39,860 nucleotides of DNA from Planctomycetota bacterium (GTDB lineage: Bacteria > Planctomycetota > SZUA-567 > H5-PLA8), in the NCBI GenBank assembly GCA_038227875.1, contig JBBRPR010000074.1, forward strand, positions 1-39,860. The letters are read 5' to 3'. The notes under the pieces are model-generated. The model was not told the origin of the DNA. It searched no databases and worked only from the letters and a program-made list of their open reading frames with translations. Both the position numbers and the translations under genes were made by a program. Shown piece after piece: positions 8,674-17,150 of the stretch. Position 1 is the first letter of the stretch. Every line of letters starts with the position of its first letter.

Positions 8674-9732
8674 ATGCCCAAAGAAACGATGACACCGCGT
8701 GAACGCTGGTTGGCTGTTTTGCGCCGCCAGAAGCCCGATCGCATGCCTATGGACTATTGGTCCACCGGAGAGGCCACGAGCAAGTTGCTCAAGCACCTGG
8801 GTTGTTCGAACCGCGACGAGATGTTCCAGAAGTTGCACATCGATCCCCTGATCACCGTGGGGCCAAGCTATAATGGACCCGTGATACCCCCAGACGAAGA
8901 TGTATTCGGCTGCCGATTTGTCGAAGTCAACTATGGCTCCGGATCCTACCGTGAATGTGCCAGTTATCCGCTGGCCCAGTATTCCAGCGTCGAAGAGATC
9001 AAAGCAAATTACCACTGGCCCCAGGCTGACTGGTACGACTACAGCTCCATTGCCAAACAAATCGAAGGAAAGGAAGATTTTCCCATCCGGGGCGGCGGCT
9101 CGGAGCCTTTCCTGATTTACAAAAATCTGCGGGGGCAGGAGCAAGCGATGATGGATTTGCTCCTCAATCCGGAAATTGTACATTATTGTCTGGATAAACT
9201 CTTTGAGCTGGCGTACCAGAACACGATCCGGATTTTCGAGCAGATACCCGGCAAGGTCATGATCAGCTACGTTGCGGAGGACATGGGCGGCCAGGAAGCA
9301 CTCATGTTTTCACCGGCGCAGATCCGCACGTTCCTGATTCCGCGGATGAAACGAATCATCGACACGGTACACCACGCCGGCGCATACGTTTTTCATCACA
9401 ATGACGGAGCGATCCGTTCAATCATTCCCGATATGATCAATGCAGGCATCGACGCGCTCAACCCAATTCAATGGCGCTGCCGCGGTATGGAACGCGAACT
9501 ACTCAAACAGGATTTTGGAAGCCGCGTGATTTTTCATGGCGCTGTTGACAACCAGCAGACGCTTCCATTCGGGACGGTCGATGAGGTACGGCAGGAAGTG
9601 CGCGAGAATATGCGTATCCTGGGTGCAGGTGGCGGATACATCATGGCGCCATGCCACAACATTCAGTCCGTCAGTCCGCCGGAGAACATCGTGGCGATGT
9701 ATGAAACCGGTTACGAACTGAGCTGGGGTTAG
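8674..9732 (+). CDS. UroD/MtaA-CmuA family protein (putative corrinoid methyltransferase), paralog 1
   Basis: MTPRER...KPDRMP start, LRGQEQAMMDL, EDMGGQ, FHHNDG, LNPIQ, FHGAVDNQ, GGGYIMAPCHNI. Confidence 0.9.
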   Translation: MPKETMTPRERWLAVLRRQKPDRMPMDYWSTGEATSKLLKHLGCSNRDEMFQKLHIDPLITVGPSYNGPVIPPDEDVFGCRFVEVNYGSGSYRECASYPLAQYSSVEEIKANYHWPQADWYDYSSIAKQIEGKEDFPIRGGGSEPFLIYKNLRGQEQAMMDLLLNPEIVHYCLDKLFELAYQNTIRIFEQIPGKVMISYVAEDMGGQEALMFSPAQIRTFLIPRMKRIIDTVHHAGAYVFHHNDGAIRSIIPDMINAGIDALNPIQWRCRGMERELLKQDFGSRVIFHGAVDNQQTLPFGTVDEVRQEVRENMRILGAGGGYIMAPCHNIQSVSPPENIVAMYETGYELSWG

Positions 9733-9751
9733 CGCTCGCTGCTCGAGGTCA

Positions 9752-11041
9752 CTATTCCAAAGTGGCAGCCGTCGGGCGCGTACGATTGGCCGTGCGGAAT
9801 TGCCGCGGGGTCGTGGCCTCCTGCTGACGAAAGATGCGCGTGAAATAGCTCTGATCCTTGTACCCAACCTGAAAGGCAATCTCCGTGCAGCTGAGGTTGG
9901 TGCGAAGGAGCAGTTTTTTGGCCTGATCGATACGCACCCGCGTCAGCACGCTGATCATCGTGGTGCCCATCTGTTCCTGAAAAAGATGAGCCAGTCGCGA
10001 CGTCGAAAGATGGGCCTGCCGCGCAAGCTCCTCGACGGTGAGTTCATTCATGTAATTACTTTCGATGTAGTGGACGACATCCCCCACCGGACTCCGGACT
10101 TGCTCCGCGCTGTTGCTGCAGACGGTGTCGAGAAAGTTGTTGAGCGCACGGGAAATGATGGCGCACAGATCGTTGTCGTTATTGGAACCCAGCAACTCTT
10201 CAAAATAGGTCAGGTTCTGCTTCAGGATCTGGCCGGAGTCCACGCCGGACTCAGCAGCTGCGCGGGAGAGCACCGCCAGCAATTCCACCAACCGCGTTTT
10301 CAAGACGGCAGAGCCCATGGGATCACGAAAGAGAATGGTTCCGAGGATTTCGTTCAGCACGCCCTTGGCGCCCTGGCGGTCGCCGAATTTTACCTTTTCG
10401 ATCAGCTTTTTTTCGCGCTCATAGGGATAAGAGACCTCCGCATCGGGATTGAGCTTCACCGCATGAATACGTTCGGCAATACGAGCCAGTTGCTTCGTGT
10501 GTTCACGGCGCGATTTGAGGACCCGGTCGTCAAGGCGAAGACAGGACCTGGCCAATCCTTCCACGGCAACCGCGGTCTCCTGCAAGTTGTTCCCATCGAC
10601 GTAGACATGGCCGTTGATCGCCTTTTGAATGTCGTTGGCGTGAAGTCCAAAAATACTCAACCGCTGCCGGACTTCCTCAACCATCACCTCGCCGGGTTTT
10701 TCCGGCAGGGTCATGCCGCTAAGGAGTGCGCCCAACTGGCGGTCCCGGTCGGCCAACGGCGTGCAATTCACGAGCAATCCCGCGTGGCAGACGAAGCTGT
10801 AGGATTCGCCATAGTCGAACGCAGACTGGATCGCACGGCGATGGTCAGCCTGACAGCATGAACGCGCGGCGGCATGGCCGCAGAGGAGAGCACACAGGGG
10901 TTGGCGCTCTTCAGGCACTGCAAAGGGCATGGGAGCGCCGTCCATTCCAATCACCTCAAGTGGGAGGCTGGATTTCTGGCGAAGTCCCTCTCTTAAACGG
11001 CCCATGGTGTCGGGATTTAGCGTATCGTTTGACGTGTACAT
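9752..11041 (-). CDS. AraC-family regulator with N-terminal PocR-like sensory domain
   Basis: PocR pattern (LCALL...CCQAD...FVCHAGL...TPL...LGALLSG); YPYEREKKLIEKVKFGD middle domain; C-terminal AraC double HTH (IAFQVGYKDQSYFTRIFR); GGAGG RBS before ATG 11041. Confidence 0.92.
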   Translation of the reverse strand: MYTSNDTLNPDTMGRLREGLRQKSSLPLEVIGMDGAPMPFAVPEERQPLCALLCGHAAARSCCQADHRRAIQSAFDYGESYSFVCHAGLLVNCTPLADRDRQLGALLSGMTLPEKPGEVMVEEVRQRLSIFGLHANDIQKAINGHVYVDGNNLQETAVAVEGLARSCLRLDDRVLKSRREHTKQLARIAERIHAVKLNPDAEVSYPYEREKKLIEKVKFGDRQGAKGVLNEILGTILFRDPMGSAVLKTRLVELLAVLSRAAAESGVDSGQILKQNLTYFEELLGSNNDNDLCAIISRALNNFLDTVCSNSAEQVRSPVGDVVHYIESNYMNELTVEELARQAHLSTSRLAHLFQEQMGTTMISVLTRVRIDQAKKLLLRTNLSCTEIAFQVGYKDQSYFTRIFRQQEATTPRQFRTANRTRPTAATLE

Positions 11042-11063
11042 TCTGGATCCTCCGGCACACTTC

Positions 11064-11097
11064 AGCAGGTTTCTACCTAAAACTAGCACATGATTAC
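11064..11097 (+). promoter_or_regulatory. AraC-type direct repeats AGCA-N6-TAC with 21-bp period
   Basis: AGCAggtttcTAC at 11064 and AGCAcatgatTAC at 11085, lying between the AraC gene and the divergent operon, upstream of a GATAAT -10-like element at 11111. Confidence 0.4.
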
Positions 11098-11117
11098 TAT
11101 CGCGCAAGGCGATAATC

Positions 11118-11131
11118 GGATATCTTTATCT
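11118..11131. promoter_or_regulatory. Palindromic operator candidate GGATA-tctt-TATCT
   Basis: Perfect match to RGAYA-N4-TRTCY, immediately downstream of the putative -10 of the metF operon. Confidence 0.45.
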
Positions 11132-11158
11132 TCAACATTGCTTAGGGAAGAGTATCGT

Positions 11159-12442
11159 ATGATTGAATCGCTGTTTGCCGAGCCTCAGAGCGTTTTTGCA
11201 GCCATCGAAATCGCGATCAAACATCGTGCCTTCGGTTGTCGCGCTTGCGGCCAATGCCTGCTCACCCAGTGTGCATATGTTTGTCCCATGCAGTGCCCCA
11301 AGGGACTGCGCAATGGGCCCTGTGGTGGAATGGTCAACGGCTCGTGTGAGGTGTACCCGCAGTCTCCGTGCATCTGGAACGCTATCCACGCGAAGCGCAG
11401 CGACACCCAATGGCACGAAACAATGCGGCAACCCGCGGATCCAGAATTGTTCGGCACGTCAAGCTGGATCAATCTTTTTACTGGCAAAGATCGGCCCGGG
11501 CGTGTGCCCGCATCCTTAATAACCACGTCGGTTCCCGAGGCATCGAATTCGGCACTTTTCAACGCTGCATCCAAAGGACTCGCGATCACCGTTGAACTTC
11601 GCACGCCTCGCTTTAATTCCCAGAAGCAATTAACTCACCGCATCAATGATGCGCATACTTTGAAAGACGTTGTCGACGCTATCTGTGTTACCTCGCATCC
11701 CGGTGCGATGGCGCCAGAAATCTTCTGCGAGCACCTGCATCGCGAAACCGGTGTGCCGACAATCATTCCCCTTGTGGGCCGTGACATTGGACCGGGCGAA
11801 TACGGATCGGCACTCGCCGCGCGGCTTCAGAACGCCGGTGCGGTGGGGGTGCTGAGCTTGAGCGGGGATTACGCCGGCGTCGCGCCGTTTCCGATGGATT
11901 CAGCGCAGGTGCTGGTGGCGTTACGCAACATGGATTGGAAGCACGCTCGCCCGCAGTTCGGCGCGGCGCTGCATGTTCAAGCACAACCACGCAAAGCCGC
12001 ACTGGCCCGCGCGGCGCAGAAAGCGATGGCCGGAGCCGAAATCTTCTTTTCGCAAATGATCCTGGGCGATGAGGGCGTGGCCGAATTCATCACGGAGATG
12101 AGGACTATTCCTGCGTTAAAGGAAATTCCGATTGTCATGGGCATCCCGCTGATTGGCACTGAACACGGGTTCAGCGTACTGGAGCGACTACCGGGCGTCG
12201 ATCGCTCGCTACCGTTCATGGCTCGGTTTCGCGCGAGCACAGATGTCCCCGCACGGGGACTCGCGGCGGCATGCCAATCCGTGGAGTTAGCGCGGTCGCT
12301 GCGCGGCTTGGGCGTCGTGGGCGTACACGTCATGCCGTTCGGTCTTTCGGCTCTGGATACGGCCAATTGGATCCGAAGCCTCGAGATCCCCGACGCCACT
12401 CAGAGAACGAAACAAGAACAAGGGGTATGTAAACATGGCTGA
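11159..12442 (+). CDS. metF: Methylene-THF reductase, MetV-like Cys-rich domain fused N-terminally to a MetF barrel
   Basis: CRACGQC...CPMQCPKGLRNGPCGG...CEV...CIW (MetV/MTHFR_C) followed by MetF motifs TVEL, VDAICVT, GRD, VLSLSGD, KAMAGAEIFFSQ, GVHVM. Confidence 0.88.
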   Translation: MIESLFAEPQSVFAAIEIAIKHRAFGCRACGQCLLTQCAYVCPMQCPKGLRNGPCGGMVNGSCEVYPQSPCIWNAIHAKRSDTQWHETMRQPADPELFGTSSWINLFTGKDRPGRVPASLITTSVPEASNSALFNAASKGLAITVELRTPRFNSQKQLTHRINDAHTLKDVVDAICVTSHPGAMAPEIFCEHLHRETGVPTIIPLVGRDIGPGEYGSALAARLQNAGAVGVLSLSGDYAGVAPFPMDSAQVLVALRNMDWKHARPQFGAALHVQAQPRKAALARAAQKAMAGAEIFFSQMILGDEGVAEFITEMRTIPALKEIPIVMGIPLIGTEHGFSVLERLPGVDRSLPFMARFRASTDVPARGLAAACQSVELARSLRGLGVVGVHVMPFGLSALDTANWIRSLEIPDATQRTKQEQGVCKHG

Positions 12443-13322
12443 TGCAGTAACGATTCTGAGAAGCCACTTCACCGAGCTGGCCGTCTCGCCTGCCGAACCT
12501 GCCGTCCCCATCGGCGAAAGGTGCAACGCGCTGGGCTATAAGAACGTTCGACAGGCGTTGCAGCGTGGTGACTTTGGGATTTTCGAACGCCGTGCCGCTC
12601 AGCAGGAAACCGCTGGCGCTCGTATCTTGAACGTCAACGTGGTCTGCGAAGGAGTGGTTGAAGTCGACGCACTGCCTAAAGCGATCGCTGCGATCACGGC
12701 GGGAAGTTCTTGTCCACTTTCAATCGACTTCGCCAGCATCGCCGCGCTGGAGGCTGCTCTTAAAATCTACAAGGGCCGCGCGCTGATCAATTCAGTCAAC
12801 GGTGAAGAGGAGAAGATGAAACAGATCTTCCCTTTAATGAGGCAGTATGGCGCCGCAGCCGTCGCGCTGCTGGTCGACGACAGCGCGGGCATTCCGATGC
12901 AACCCGAATCACGCATAAAAATTGCCGAACGCATCATGGATTCGGCCAGCAGCTTTGGTCTGGGCGTTAACGACTTCATTTTCGATTGCGTGGTGCTGGG
13001 CGCCGCGACTGAACCGCGCAGCGCGAGCGTGATGTTTGAGACCATGCGCCGGTTGCGAGAGAAATATCACTGCAACATCACGCTTGGTGCTTCGAACGCC
13101 GCGTTTGGACTTCCGGAGCGCGAGGTCTTCAATGCGCACTTCCTGTCAGCGTCGGTGGCGATGGGGTGCAACGTTCCCATCACCGATCTCACGATCCCAG
13201 AACTCAAGCGCGCGCTGATGATCGGCGACGTGATGCGCGGCGCGGATGAATACGCGATGAACTACATCACGGAATTCCGACGCACAAGCCAACCGGCTGA
13301 ACAGAAGGCGGCAGGCATATGA
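12435..13322 (+). CDS. Methyl-THF:corrinoid methyltransferase (pterin-binding, AcsE/MetH-type)
   Basis: IGERCN, QQETAGARILNVN, PLSID, ALINSVNGE, LGASNAAFGLPER; overlaps the metF stop. Confidence 0.92.
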   Translation: MADAVTILRSHFTELAVSPAEPAVPIGERCNALGYKNVRQALQRGDFGIFERRAAQQETAGARILNVNVVCEGVVEVDALPKAIAAITAGSSCPLSIDFASIAALEAALKIYKGRALINSVNGEEEKMKQIFPLMRQYGAAAVALLVDDSAGIPMQPESRIKIAERIMDSASSFGLGVNDFIFDCVVLGAATEPRSASVMFETMRRLREKYHCNITLGASNAAFGLPEREVFNAHFLSASVAMGCNVPITDLTIPELKRALMIGDVMRGADEYAMNYITEFRRTSQPAEQKAAGI

Positions 13323-14620
13323 AAAATACCTCCGCTCCCGATACCGGTGTGCTCCAGCAGTTGCTGCGCGATTGCGAAAACTTATCGCTGTGCGTGAAAC
13401 TCGGCGATGTACTGCAGTGGAAGAACGGACACCTGCAGCAACTGGGCGCGCGCCTGCTGCTCATCGCAGACGGCCGAATCGCGGCGATGCTTCCAGAGGC
13501 GGACATCCCCGAGGACCTGCCGCAGGTGGTCCATGCCATTCGACCGAATGCCGCCATGGCTGATTTTTTGAGTTGCACCGCCGCACCGGGAATCCTGGAA
13601 GGCCACGCGCATTTGTTTCTTTCACCCCATGGAGACGTGACGAGCGTCGTGGACGAACTTCACGACCGAGCACGCGTCAACGCGGTGATGGCGCTGCGCC
13701 ATGGCACGTTCTGGTTGCGGGACTGTGGCGATCCACACGGCATCAACCTGTCGATTCGAAACCAGTCCAGGACGAGCACCGAACCGATGCCCTTTATCCG
13801 GGCGTGTGGCGCGGCCATTCACCGACGTAAACGTTACGGAAAGCAATTGGGCATCGCGGTGGATACTGATCAGGATCTGCTCTCGGCCGCGCGCGAACGC
13901 ATCGCGAATGGCGCTGACGATGTAAAATTGGTGCTCTCGGGCATTGTGAATTTCGAAAAGGCTGAAGTGCCTGGCGAGGCGCAGTTTCCTGTCAGTGCCG
14001 TGCGCGACGTGGTCACATTGGCACACGACAACGGACGCCGCGTAATTGCGCACGCTTCCGGCGAGGCGGGATGCCTGGTGGCCGCGGATGCTGGTGTGGA
14101 CACGATTGAACACGCGTACTTCGTCTCGCCCCAGACGCTCGACATCATGGCCGCGAAGCGCCTGACCTGGCTTCCCACACTTGCGCCAGTACATGCCCAA
14201 TGGCGGGACGCGGAACGCTATGGTCATTCGCCGGCCATTCGCGACAGCCTGCGCCGAATTCTTGACGGCCACGCGCAGCGGATTGCTTACGCGGCGGAAA
14301 TCGGTGTGTGCATCGCGGGCGGAAGCGACTCGGGTTCGCCAGGCGTGGGCCATGGCAGCGGCGCGGTCGACGAGTTTGCCTTGCTGGCCGAAGCAGGCCT
14401 GGGTCGCATGCGCGCCTATGCGGCATGCAGCGCGCCAGGAGCCGCATCGCTGGGCTTTACGCAGAGCCTAAACGCCTGTGAAGGCGGCGCCGCGGCGGAT
14501 TTCCTGATCCTCTCCACCTCGCCGCTCGACGACCCTTCGTGTTTGAATACACCGCGCGCGATTGTCCGCCACGGGCGTCTGTCAGCCTACATCCACGAAC
14601 CCGCGAGGTGCGGCTCATGA
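13319..14620 (+). CDS. Metal-dependent amidohydrolase
   Basis: PGILEGHAHL (HxH), GADDVK, AHA, DTIEH, PTL, GSDSG; ATGA overlap with the upstream gene. Confidence 0.9.
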   Translation: MKNTSAPDTGVLQQLLRDCENLSLCVKLGDVLQWKNGHLQQLGARLLLIADGRIAAMLPEADIPEDLPQVVHAIRPNAAMADFLSCTAAPGILEGHAHLFLSPHGDVTSVVDELHDRARVNAVMALRHGTFWLRDCGDPHGINLSIRNQSRTSTEPMPFIRACGAAIHRRKRYGKQLGIAVDTDQDLLSAARERIANGADDVKLVLSGIVNFEKAEVPGEAQFPVSAVRDVVTLAHDNGRRVIAHASGEAGCLVAADAGVDTIEHAYFVSPQTLDIMAAKRLTWLPTLAPVHAQWRDAERYGHSPAIRDSLRRILDGHAQRIAYAAEIGVCIAGGSDSGSPGVGHGSGAVDEFALLAEAGLGRMRAYAACSAPGAASLGFTQSLNACEGGAAADFLILSTSPLDDPSCLNTPRAIVRHGRLSAYIHEPARCGS

Positions 14621-15285
14621 TTTCCCCTGCAAGCACGTTGGTGGAGCAACCCGTGATCCGCTGGTCGGAACCGGTGGCCGAACCCATCCTCGAAGATGCG
14701 CGTCGCCGATTTCGGCTGCGCATGCATTCCGGACGTGGCCATGCCGATTCCGGTGACGCGCAGGAGCTCATCGATGAAATGCTGGCGGTTACCAGCACGG
14801 TCTTCACGCCAATCGTGGGTCAGGTGGAGTTGGCCTTCAACAAATTGGATGCCGACGTGGTCGTGGTCAACGGAGTAAAACTTCCTGCGGGCCCGTGGGC
14901 AGGACATCTTTACGAAGGAGACACGTTACTCCTTTACTGTTTGAGCGCCGGCGCGCGTCGCGCGGACATCTGGCGGGCCTGTAACGAAGACCCGATTCTG
15001 GCATCAACCGCACACCTTTTGGGAAGTGAAATAGCATTTGCCGTGGGCCGTCAGTTCGATCGGTCGCTGCGCACTCAGGATCCCCGCCGCCGCTGGCAGC
15101 GCATTGCACTCTTAAAAGCAGAGCAAGAGAGTCATGAACGCTGCCGCTGGGATCCCCGTGTTGGCCACGCGTTCTTTACATCCTTTGCAGCGCAGCAGGC
15201 GCCTATTGTCATTTCGGAAAGTGGATCATTCGATCCGGTTCACACAGTGCTCGGTCTATTTCGTCGGGCGGCTCATCACACCTAA
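14617..15285 (+). CDS. Hypothetical protein resembling a degenerate MetH AdoMet reactivation domain
   Basis: ATGA-coupled inside the operon; LYCLSAG resembles FxxTxG and ISESGSFDPVHTVLGLF resembles LTESxxMxPxKSVSG of the MetH activation domain. Confidence 0.5.
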   Translation: MISPASTLVEQPVIRWSEPVAEPILEDARRRFRLRMHSGRGHADSGDAQELIDEMLAVTSTVFTPIVGQVELAFNKLDADVVVVNGVKLPAGPWAGHLYEGDTLLLYCLSAGARRADIWRACNEDPILASTAHLLGSEIAFAVGRQFDRSLRTQDPRRRWQRIALLKAEQESHERCRWDPRVGHAFFTSFAAQQAPIVISESGSFDPVHTVLGLFRRAAHHT

Positions 15286-15301
15286 AAAAGGGGGAACACA
15301 C

Positions 15302-15931
15302 ATGGCAGACTTGAATGCAATTGCATTGGCGGTGCGCCAGGGCAACCGAGCTCAAGTACTTAAACTGGTCGACGAAGCGCTGGCTGAAGGTGTGACCGCC
15401 GGAGAAATTCTGGACAAGGGACTGATCAGCGGGCTGCGCACCGTCGGCGACTTGTTCAGTAAGAATGAGATCTTTGTTCCCGAAATGTTGATTGCTGCAC
15501 GCGCCATGCAGGCCGCTTTGGAAAAGCTGAAGCCAATGCTGGTGGCCGCCGGTCAGAAGCCCAAGGGGAAGGTGGTCGCGGGGACGGTCAAGGGTGACTT
15601 GCACGATATCGGCAAGAACCTGGTTTGCATCATGGTGCGCGGCGCGGGCTATGAGGTGATTGACGCAGGCGTGGACGTCTCCGCGGAGAAATTCATCGCG
15701 GTGGCCAAGGAGAACAACTCCCAGGCGATTCTCTGTTCGGCGCTGCTGACCACCACCATGCCGTACATGAAAACCGTGGTCGACCAGGTCAAGTCAGGCA
15801 ATCTTCCCTTTAAGGTGATAATTGGCGGAGCGCCTGTGACCAGGGCCTTTGCAGACAAGATCGGCGCCGACGGATACGGCGCGGACGCCAATGACGCGGT
15901 GCTCGTAACCGAACAACTGTTGTTAAAGTAA
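15302..15931 (+). CDS. Corrinoid (B12-binding) protein, MtaC/MtmC/MetH cap plus B12 domain
   Basis: IFVPEMLIAARAM, GTVKGDLHDIGKNLV (DxHxxG), SALLTTTM, IGGAPV, IGADGY. Confidence 0.97.
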   Translation: MADLNAIALAVRQGNRAQVLKLVDEALAEGVTAGEILDKGLISGLRTVGDLFSKNEIFVPEMLIAARAMQAALEKLKPMLVAAGQKPKGKVVAGTVKGDLHDIGKNLVCIMVRGAGYEVIDAGVDVSAEKFIAVAKENNSQAILCSALLTTTMPYMKTVVDQVKSGNLPFKVIIGGAPVTRAFADKIGADGYGADANDAVLVTEQLLLK

Positions 15932-15962
15932 CTTTCAATGATAGCCCATGGGAGTTCTGGAT

Positions 15963-17150
15963 ATGGACGCAACTGACATCCGTGCAATCATCGCTGGCTA
16001 CCATCCTCAGTCTGATTTGACCGTGTTGCCACAACTGCAACGCTGGGAGGGAAAGCTGACGGCACGCGAGCGATACCGGCGCGTCATGAATTTCGAGCCG
16101 GTGGACCGCCTGCCCAATTATGAATTCGGCTACTGGCATGAATGCTACGCGGTGTGGCAATCACAAGGCATGAGCAAAGCCGTAATCGATGAGAATCGCG
16201 CCAACATCTACTTTGGGTTTGATGAGCAACTGAATATCGGCCTTCACTACGGACTTCAGCCGCCCTTCCCGACGCGGATCCTGGAAGTGAAACCGGACGG
16301 CCGCAAAATCGTGGTTGATGGAGACGGGGTGACCTGCGAAGTCTTCTCCGACAATGCCTCCACCATTCCGCACTATATCGACTGGTCGTTGAAGACCCCG
16401 GAGGACTGGAAGTCCTTCAGGGAACGACTGGACCCCAAGAGTCCCGAGCGCATTCCGGCCAATTGGTCACATCGTATCGAGCAGTTGAAGCGTCGTACCT
16501 GTCCGGCGGGTATCTATTTCGGCAGCTTGCCGGGGTGGGTGCGCAACTGGATGGGATTCGAAGGCATCTGCATGGCGATTCACGATTATCCGGACATGAT
16601 GGAGGACATCTTTCACCGCCTTACGGATGTCATTGTCGGTGTTCTGGAGCGCATGCTGCCGGGGACCGATTTTGATTATGCGTATGGCTGGGAGGACATT
16701 TCGTTACGCAGCGGACCGATCATTGCGCCGTCGTATTTCAAATCGGTACTGCTGCCGTGTTACAAGCGGATCACGGACGTGCTGCATCGGCATAACATCA
16801 GCACCATTTATACGGACTCCGATGGCGATATCTCGCTGCTGATCGACCCGTGGCTTGAAGGCGGATTGAATACGTTTTTCCCCGTCGAACGTGCAGGAGC
16901 GACCGATCCGGTGGAATTGCGCAAGCGTTACGGCAAACGCATCCGCATGATCGGCGGCGTGGACAAGATGGCGCTCCGCGAAGGGCCTGCGGCGATCAAG
17001 GCGGAATTGGAGCGCCTGGCACCCGTTGCTTACGAAGGTGGTTATATACCGCATGTCGATCACCGCGTGCCGCCGGATGTCACCTACGAGAATTACCTGT
17101 ACTACCTGGATTTGAAGCATCAATTGTTCGGGATACCCAAACTGTGCTGA
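15963..17150 (+). CDS. UroD/MtaA-family protein, paralog 2 (in the core operon)
   Basis: LTARERY...VDRLP, RNWMGFE, WEDI, DSDG, FPVE, GGVDK, GGYIPHVDHRVPPDV; GGAG RBS before ATG 15963. Confidence 0.9.
   Translation: MDATDIRAIIAGYHPQSDLTVLPQLQRWEGKLTARERYRRVMNFEPVDRLPNYEFGYWHECYAVWQSQGMSKAVIDENRANIYFGFDEQLNIGLHYGLQPPFPTRILEVKPDGRKIVVDGDGVTCEVFSDNASTIPHYIDWSLKTPEDWKSFRERLDPKSPERIPANWSHRIEQLKRRTCPAGIYFGSLPGWVRNWMGFEGICMAIHDYPDMMEDIFHRLTDVIVGVLERMLPGTDFDYAYGWEDISLRSGPIIAPSYFKSVLLPCYKRITDVLHRHNISTIYTDSDGDISLLIDPWLEGGLNTFFPVERAGATDPVELRKRYGKRIRMIGGVDKMALREGPAAIKAELERLAPVAYEGGYIPHVDHRVPPDVTYENYLYYLDLKHQLFGIPKLC

Noticed and set aside
9800..10861. Long antisense ORFs (also 34060-35235, 32258-33163, 27549-28307, 13622-14353)
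   Set aside because: Shadow frames opposite well-supported genes in GC-rich DNA, with no motifs.
15302..15931. hgcA mercury-methylation corrinoid protein
   Set aside because: It has DxHxxG His-on binding and lacks the NVWCAAGK motif and transmembrane helices.
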